64,000 bases of DNA from Armatimonadota bacterium (lineage in GTDB: Bacteria; Armatimonadota; UBA5829; DTJY01). The notes below the pieces were generated by a model. It saw only the letters and a program-made list of their open reading frames with translations. It did no database searches and was not told where the DNA came from. The position numbers and the translations under genes are program-made. This document shows positions 58,232 to 64,000 of the stretch, piece by piece. Within the stretch, counting starts at the first letter, position 1, and each line of letters begins with the position of its first letter. Location of the stretch: NCBI GenBank assembly GCA_963663705.1, contig OY760504.1, positions 1,538,788-1,602,787 of the forward strand, written 5' to 3'.

Positions 58232-59535
58232 AGTGCGTTTCCTTTCGATTCTACACTGTGCCCCTGCGGTACGTATTCAGGGAGCTTCTTCTCTGCAAAG
58301 ATAGGCTTCATCCGCGCAAACCGCTGGATGCCGCCGACAACCGGAACGCTTACCCAGTCTTCGCCGATTAGCGGTTTCGCATACCGGACGAAATCGTCCG
58401 TCACGTCTGTTCCGCTCTCTGCAATCCACTTGGGGCTGATCTTCCGCTCCGAGTTTGCGACGAGACTAAGGGGAACTCGCCCGTAGTCTACGCTGTAGAT
58501 CATACCGGGCTTTCGCGTGATCGTGCTCATAAACCCGTTTGCATCCTCCGACGCAATGACAACGGCCATCTGTCCAAGCTTGTAGGCTTCGTCAAGGTCT
58601 ACTACGGAGGCATAAGCGATTGCATCCCGCTGATCACATCCGGGCACCTGTCCGCGTGCTGCGCCTCGAGCTTTTATGCCGACACCGTTCAGATAGTTTA
58701 CGACTGCCTGTGCGACCGTGGTTTTGCTCGCACTGAACTGTGTGTGCCCGAACGAGTCTTTGGTCTCCCCAAGGTCGCCGATGTTCAGACCTTCGTTTAC
58801 CACCACCATCACTCGGCCGTCTCTCTTCAATTGTTCATTTACATTATCGGCAAGTTCTTCTATGCCAAGGCCGCTCTCTGCAAGGTAGATCTGAAGCGGC
58901 ATCTTCCTCTCGGGATCTGCGAGCCGCGCCGCCGCCGCGATAAAGCCAATCTTGCGCCCCATTGCCTGCATGACGAGCACCGGATCCGCCGGGGATGAGC
59001 CCATGTTTTCTTCGTTCGCGTTCTGAACGTAACTCGCCCAGTACCTCGCCACACTGCCGTAGCCCGGCGTATGGTCGATCAGCTTGAACTCGGAGTCGCC
59101 GACGTCGTTGTCGATGGTCTTCGGTACACCGACCGCTGTAAGTTCAAGACCTTCCTTCTGCGCCAGGATGCTGATCTTGTTTGCGGTATCCATGGAATCG
59201 TTTCCGCCGATGTAGAAGAAATAGCCTATATCGTGTGCACGGAAGATATCTATCACCCGGGCAAAATCCCTGGGCCTGTCATTCGTCAGCTTGTACCGGC
59301 ACGTGCCGATGGAACCCGCAGCCGGGGTTGTCCTGAGGAGTGATATCTCCTCCGCACACTGACCGGAAAGATCGAGAAGTTCCTCGCGAAGAATCCCTTC
59401 CACACCGTGCCAGCCGCCGTAGACTGCGCCGAACTTTTCAGGAAACTCCCGGCACGTCTCTATGACGCCCCTCAGCGAATTGTTTATGACCGGCGATGGC
59501 CCGCCGGATTGTGCTACTAATACGTTTTTTGGCAT
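58228..59535 (-). CDS. PPi-dependent phosphofructokinase-family kinase
   Basis: AQSGGPSPVIN, GGNDS and PKTIDND (PPi-type Asp/Lys), MGR. Confidence 0.85.
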   Translation of the reverse strand: MPKNVLVAQSGGPSPVINNSLRGVIETCREFPEKFGAVYGGWHGVEGILREELLDLSGQCAEEISLLRTTPAAGSIGTCRYKLTNDRPRDFARVIDIFRAHDIGYFFYIGGNDSMDTANKISILAQKEGLELTAVGVPKTIDNDVGDSEFKLIDHTPGYGSVARYWASYVQNANEENMGSSPADPVLVMQAMGRKIGFIAAAARLADPERKMPLQIYLAESGLGIEELADNVNEQLKRDGRVMVVVNEGLNIGDLGETKDSFGHTQFSASKTTVAQAVVNYLNGVGIKARGAARGQVPGCDQRDAIAYASVVDLDEAYKLGQMAVVIASEDANGFMSTITRKPGMIYSVDYGRVPLSLVANSERKISPKWIAESGTDVTDDFVRYAKPLIGEDWVSVPVVGGIQRFARMKPIFAEKKLPEYVPQGHSVESKGNAL

Positions 59536-59556
59536 ATTATTCTCCGAATATATTTG

Positions 59557-60411
59557 CTAAACCCCGCTGAATGCGCTGAATCCGCCATCCACCGGCACCA
59601 CTATTCCAGTAACAAATGCAGATGCGTCCGACAGCAGCCAGACTAGCGTGCCAGTCAGGTCTTCAGGAGTGCCGAACCGGCTCATCGGAGTATGGCCGAT
59701 GATGGTGTTACCCCTATCCGTCAGTGCGCCCGTTTTCTCGTCAGTGAGGAGGAAACGATTCTGGTTCGTCAGGAAGAATCCGGGAGCGATCGCGTTCACT
59801 CTGATCCCTGCCGGCGCGAAGTGCGTCGAAAGCCACTGCGTGAAGTTCGATATACCGGCTTTTGCAGCCGAGTATGCGGGGATCTTCGTGAGCGGGCGGA
59901 AGGCATTCATGGATGATATGTTTATGATCGCGCCGCCGCCATTGCCCGCCATCACCTTGCCGAAGACCTGAGTCGGAAGCAGAGTCCCGATAAAGTTCAA
60001 GTTGAAGACAAACTGAACGCCGTCTGCATCAAGGTCGAAGAAAGTCTTTACGCCTTCCACAGCCTGCATGCAATCCTCGGGGGACAGGCGCTCTTTTGAT
60101 GTGGTGGCCTTCGGGTTGTTTCCGCCTGCACCGTTTATGAGGATATCTACGCCTCCGTATGCACCGAGCACTTCTTCGCACGCGGCCTCAAGGCTCCCCT
60201 TGTCGAGGACGTTGCACGCAACCCCGATGGACGTCCCGCCGTTCGCCACTATATCGCGCGCGACGGCTTCGGCGGCCTCTTTCCGAAGATCAAGCACTGC
60301 CACCTTCACTCCGCGTTTGCCAAGTTCAATTGCCATCGTTCGGCAAAGCACTCCGCCGCCGCCTGTGATTACCGCAGTTTTACCTGTTAACTCAAATAAA
60401 TTCTTATCCAT
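59557..60411 (-). CDS. SDR oxidoreductase, D-mannonate/fructuronate reductase-like
   Basis: TGGGGVLC, NGAGGN, PAYSAAKA, RVNAIAPGFF; resembles UxuB-type SDRs found next to uxaE. Confidence 0.75.
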   Translation of the reverse strand: MDKNLFELTGKTAVITGGGGVLCRTMAIELGKRGVKVAVLDLRKEAAEAVARDIVANGGTSIGVACNVLDKGSLEAACEEVLGAYGGVDILINGAGGNNPKATTSKERLSPEDCMQAVEGVKTFFDLDADGVQFVFNLNFIGTLLPTQVFGKVMAGNGGGAIINISSMNAFRPLTKIPAYSAAKAGISNFTQWLSTHFAPAGIRVNAIAPGFFLTNQNRFLLTDEKTGALTDRGNTIIGHTPMSRFGTPEDLTGTLVWLLSDASAFVTGIVVPVDGGFSAFSGV

Positions 60412-60415
60412 TGTA

Positions 60416-61804
60416 TTAACTCCTGTATGCCAGCTTGAGGTGATCCTCTATGTGGCCGGCGACATAACTGTAATGCGCATCTTCATTGGCTCGCAGGATT
60501 TTCGCTATCCTGTCGCCCGCGTTATCGAGCAGCACGCCGTACGATATATGAAATAGCTGGCGCACGTCACGGGTATCGAAAAACGCCTGCATGTCACGCG
60601 GAACGGCGACAGGAAAAACCTCGCTCGTGATATCCACGTGATACGACTTTTTGCTTTCGGTGAGATGCTGAAGACACAGATTGTACATCTCTCGAAACAG
60701 CTCCGGATCTACCGACGCTATCAGCCTGACCGCCTGAAGCCAGCTGGTGCCGGAGGTCTTTATGTGAAATTTGTGATCCGTGATCTCCCCAAACATTGGG
60801 TAGATGCTGAACTTATCGCTGCCGGAGTGCAGACTGAGCCGGTAGCCACCCGTTTGTGCGATCGCCGCATGCACCCTAAGCGACCGATCGAGATCATCGA
60901 CATCGCCCATATAGTCGACGCCCTTCTGGAACTCACCAGGGAACTTCGGGGCCAGGCTGCTGAATCCGGCGCCGCTTCTTTTCAGATATTCCGCCACGTA
61001 CAGATGATCTTCGGGCGTGGTGTCCATGCTGCCCTCATCTATCGATATCTCCAGGTCGTAATCGCTCATATACTCGCGGATGATGCCGTCAAAACGCTTG
61101 ACCTGCTCCATCGCTTTTTCGTAGACATGGGCGGATTTCGTCAGCTCGTTCGACGAAAAAGTGTATTCCGACCCATCAACCCTTTGCCCTGCATGGCGTG
61201 CGATTACTTCACGTGAAAGGTTGGAGATATCCACCGCGTCGTCTGCCTTACTCCCCATCCAATCGCTGACATCGATTGTATACATGCTGTATCCGGCTGA
61301 TGCACCCTCTCTGAGATGCACCTCATCCTTGATATGATCTGCATCGGCTCCGAATTTGCCGGTATATCCACTCTCCAGCACTCCCATGACTGCATCGAGG
61401 AGCACGCCCTTGAAGGTCCGGTTCTCTTTCATCAACTCTCGAGGCGATTGCTGTGCAATCACCGGAAATGCCGGATACTTTGCAAGGGCTTTTACATGTG
61501 CCGCAGCCACCATCCCGAGCCTGTCGCCAGTACCAAAAGATGACGGGCTGTCACAGGGTGCAGGCGCAATTGGCAGTATGCCCTTCAGCGCCTCGTAGTT
61601 TTCCCAGTTCAGCGGATACAGGCTTATTTTATCGGACGAGCACTGCCATACAGGCGACGACAGATCGAAAGATCCCTCTATACCGATAAACTTTTCGCTG
61701 TCTCTGCTGGCAACAAACAGCTTTGAACCGGCGTCAGCATCTCGAAGCGATTCGGGATAAAGGCGAAATCCGTTTTGTTTTAATATATCAGACAATGTCT
61801 GCAT
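60416..61804 (-). CDS. uxaE: Tagaturonate/fructuronate epimerase
   Basis: SFGTGDRLG, QQSPRE, ADADH, EISIDE, SLAPKF, SLHSGSDKF, HIKTSGTSW. Confidence 0.88.
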   Translation of the reverse strand: MQTLSDILKQNGFRLYPESLRDADAGSKLFVASRDSEKFIGIEGSFDLSSPVWQCSSDKISLYPLNWENYEALKGILPIAPAPCDSPSSFGTGDRLGMVAAAHVKALAKYPAFPVIAQQSPRELMKENRTFKGVLLDAVMGVLESGYTGKFGADADHIKDEVHLREGASAGYSMYTIDVSDWMGSKADDAVDISNLSREVIARHAGQRVDGSEYTFSSNELTKSAHVYEKAMEQVKRFDGIIREYMSDYDLEISIDEGSMDTTPEDHLYVAEYLKRSGAGFSSLAPKFPGEFQKGVDYMGDVDDLDRSLRVHAAIAQTGGYRLSLHSGSDKFSIYPMFGEITDHKFHIKTSGTSWLQAVRLIASVDPELFREMYNLCLQHLTESKKSYHVDITSEVFPVAVPRDMQAFFDTRDVRQLFHISYGVLLDNAGDRIAKILRANEDAHYSYVAGHIEDHLKLAYRS

Positions 61805-61819
61805 GGCACAGTTCCTCAT

Positions 61820-63193
61820 TTACTTACTGGCAAGTACTTCGTCTACTGCCTCTTCAAAGATCTGGATCGATTCCCTTAATGCATCCTCAGTGATGCTGAG
61901 CGGCGGTGCGATTTTGAGACATGCGCCTGACATGCCAACCGGCGCAAACATTAGAAGCCCCTTTCTAAAGGAAGCTTCGTTGATCTTCTGGGCAGTCGCC
62001 GGATCAGGATCCTTGGTACCAGGCTTCACGACCTTGATACCTGCAACCAGGCCTTTACCTGTCATATGCCCCAGAACGCTTGGATATTTTTTCTGAATTC
62101 TCGCAAGTTCGGGAATCAGTATATCGCCGAGCCGTGCTGCATCCTCTACCATGGTTCCTGATGTAAGCACCTTGATATTGGCAAGTGCTGCGGCAACAGG
62201 TAGCGGTGATGCAGAGTGCGTAGAAGTCATCGACCCAGGTGCGTACAAGCCCATGATATCCTCACGGCCTATAACTGCTGAGATAGGAAGCGAGGATGAG
62301 ATACCCTTGCCGCACGGGATTAGATCAGGAATAATGCCGTAATGCTCGAAGCAGAACATCTTTCCGGTTCGACCAAACCCTGACTGCACCTCATCGAAGA
62401 TCATGACTATATCGTGTTTTTTACAGAACGCCTGCAGTTTCTTAGCGTAATCTACGGGCACAAAATCTGGACCGCCGCCCTGGTAGCTTTCCGTCATCAC
62501 GCCTGCGATCTCATCGCCTGTGATGCCCTTGTCTGCGATAGTCTTCAGGAAAAGGTCGAAGGACGTATCCATATTTCGATAACCGTCCGGGAACGGAACC
62601 TGCACAAATGTCTGGTCGCGATCCACCATCCAGGCTTTTTGCGCCTCTGATCCGCCGGCAAGCTGCGAGCCCATCGTCCTGCCATGGAAGCAGTTTGAAA
62701 AGCTGACGAAGTACTTTTTCGTTGGACCGTATTTTTTCAACGCATAAGTTTTGGCAAGTTTTATGCAGTTTTCCGTTGCCTCGCTACCGGTGCTGAGCAA
62801 AAACGCCCTGTATGTTTTAGGATCGGGCGAAAGGCTTGCCAGCGCATTGGTAAGCTCCGCGCGCTGCTCGTGAACGAAGACATATGTCGCAAGCAGCCCC
62901 TGGTCAATTATCTTCGTCAGGGCGCTCTTCACCGCAGGATGCCCATGTCCGATGTTTGACACCAGTACGCAGCTCGACCAGTCGATCCACCTGTTTCCCC
63001 ATTTGTCAGATATGGTGAAGTTATCGGCTTTGTGCCATATGATCGGTGGCTGCCCCATCATCGACTGCGGCTCCGATGCCTTCAGCTTCTCGAATATCGG
63101 GAGCGATTCCGGCACAGGAAGCTTGGTTTTAATGCTCCTGTACTTTGTCTCTATCTTCGGTACTTCTACCGGTGTAAGATCGTATACTGCCAT
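61820..63193 (-). CDS. Class III PLP-dependent aminotransferase
   Basis: TGSEATE, FHGRT, FDEVQSGFGRTG, GKG (Schiff-base Lys), STH. Confidence 0.92.
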   Translation of the reverse strand: MAVYDLTPVEVPKIETKYRSIKTKLPVPESLPIFEKLKASEPQSMMGQPPIIWHKADNFTISDKWGNRWIDWSSCVLVSNIGHGHPAVKSALTKIIDQGLLATYVFVHEQRAELTNALASLSPDPKTYRAFLLSTGSEATENCIKLAKTYALKKYGPTKKYFVSFSNCFHGRTMGSQLAGGSEAQKAWMVDRDQTFVQVPFPDGYRNMDTSFDLFLKTIADKGITGDEIAGVMTESYQGGGPDFVPVDYAKKLQAFCKKHDIVMIFDEVQSGFGRTGKMFCFEHYGIIPDLIPCGKGISSSLPISAVIGREDIMGLYAPGSMTSTHSASPLPVAAALANIKVLTSGTMVEDAARLGDILIPELARIQKKYPSVLGHMTGKGLVAGIKVVKPGTKDPDPATAQKINEASFRKGLLMFAPVGMSGACLKIAPPLSITEDALRESIQIFEEAVDEVLASK

Positions 63194-63224
63194 TCTTTAT
63201 CTCCTATTCAAGGCTTATTTGCCA

Positions 63225-64000
63225 TTACTTTAATTTTGCATGCCCGAGTTCTACGTGCGGATGGTCTCCGTAGACGATGCGGACGGCGTCTCCATCGCGA
63301 AGGATCGACATCCTTGCGGCTTCCACCACCAGTTCATTTATACAACTGTTTGCCGGGGTGGCGATTATGCCTTTAGCATCGGCCGCACGGATGATCTCCC
63401 GGCGGCGATCCATGGCCTTTTCTCCTGCAAGCGATGAAACTTCGTTCTCCATACTGCCTATTGTGTTGATGGTTGCTGCCACGGAATCGAATCCGTAGCC
63501 AACGGGTTTGTATCCATCACCTTCCCATGGCACCAGTCGATAGAAATCTGGGCTTACGAAGTTGTGTACGCTCCCTGCGCAGCCGATCCCCTCAAGGTAG
63601 CTGTGCGTCACGCCTCTGAACTGGTCGTCATGCTTGATCATGCCACTCTTGTCATCGCCCTCACAGAACATGGTGAGGCACTGTTCGTTGCTGCCTGCGC
63701 CTTCGTCCGGGTATCCCAGACCATCGGTGACCGACAGAATCGCGCCGTTCTCATAGCGAATTCGGCCGTTTGCCCACAGGTAACCTCTGTTGCCATTCGG
63801 AAAATTGCCTTCTATCCCCTGAACCGATACCTCAACAGGCCTTATTCCGGTGATAAACCAGACCAGATCGACATAGTGGCATCCGACGTATACAAACGGA
63901 TCGGTTCTGTCACACGTAAACCAGTTCTGAAAGTTGGAATGGCGGTAGTAGTACGGTTCTATCATCTTCGCCTCGCCCATGATGAACTCGCCGAAATGCC
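63225..64000 (-). CDS. Gfo/Idh/MocA-family oxidoreductase, 5' end outside the window
   Basis: Frame open to the window edge (…HFGEFIMGEAK); YVGCHYVD, VEVSVQG. Confidence 0.7.
   Translation of the reverse strand, partial: HFGEFIMGEAKMIEPYYYRHSNFQNWFTCDRTDPFVYVGCHYVDLVWFITGIRPVEVSVQGIEGNFPNGNRGYLWANGRIRYENGAILSVTDGLGYPDEGAGSNEQCLTMFCEGDDKSGMIKHDDQFRGVTHSYLEGIGCAGSVHNFVSPDFYRLVPWEGDGYKPVGYGFDSVAATINTIGSMENEVSSLAGEKAMDRRREIIRAADAKGIIATPANSCINELVVEAARMSILRDGDAVRIVYGDHPHVELGHAKLK

Overview
A gene-dense bacterial window dominated by sugar catabolism. The prepilin-like '[22 protein letters not shown]...H-X9-DG' genes, PEP-CTERM genes and GntR-LacI hybrid regulators suggest Armatimonadota, but this is inference only. 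From left to right it holds: (1) a membrane protein/DUF4129/DUF4350/MoxR/DUF58 operon plus SpoIIM-like and RDD genes, then aroF; (2) about 33 kb of tandem glycan-utilisation loci, each built from a regulator, a PEP-CTERM protein and/or a pilin-like protein, and glycoside hydrolases (2x GH38, GH130, GH127-like, beta-helix, sialidase-like, unclassified candidates), with no SusC/D; (3) a CAAX protease, an orphan immunity-like gene and a GH4; (4) a TPP riboswitch with thiS-G-H-F-E; (5) a long minus-strand cluster running off the window end (oxidoreductase, class III aminotransferase, UxaE, UxuB-like, PPi-PFK-like, HAD, LarA-like, Gnd, GDH, NagA-like, SSS, CBM9-like). The most interesting candidates are: that last cluster, which reads as an undescribed amino-uronate to 6-phosphogluconate pathway; a ~295-bp ISL3-type MITE in two copies, each with its own 8-bp target duplication, packed with REP-like hairpins, one copy splitting a glycoside hydrolase pseudogene; a ~170-aa domain shared by a PEP-CTERM protein and the adjacent beta-helix enzyme; and two operator motifs read directly from the DNA. 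Family assignments are from motif recognition by eye, not database searches. No tRNA, rRNA, CRISPR array or intact transposase was seen.
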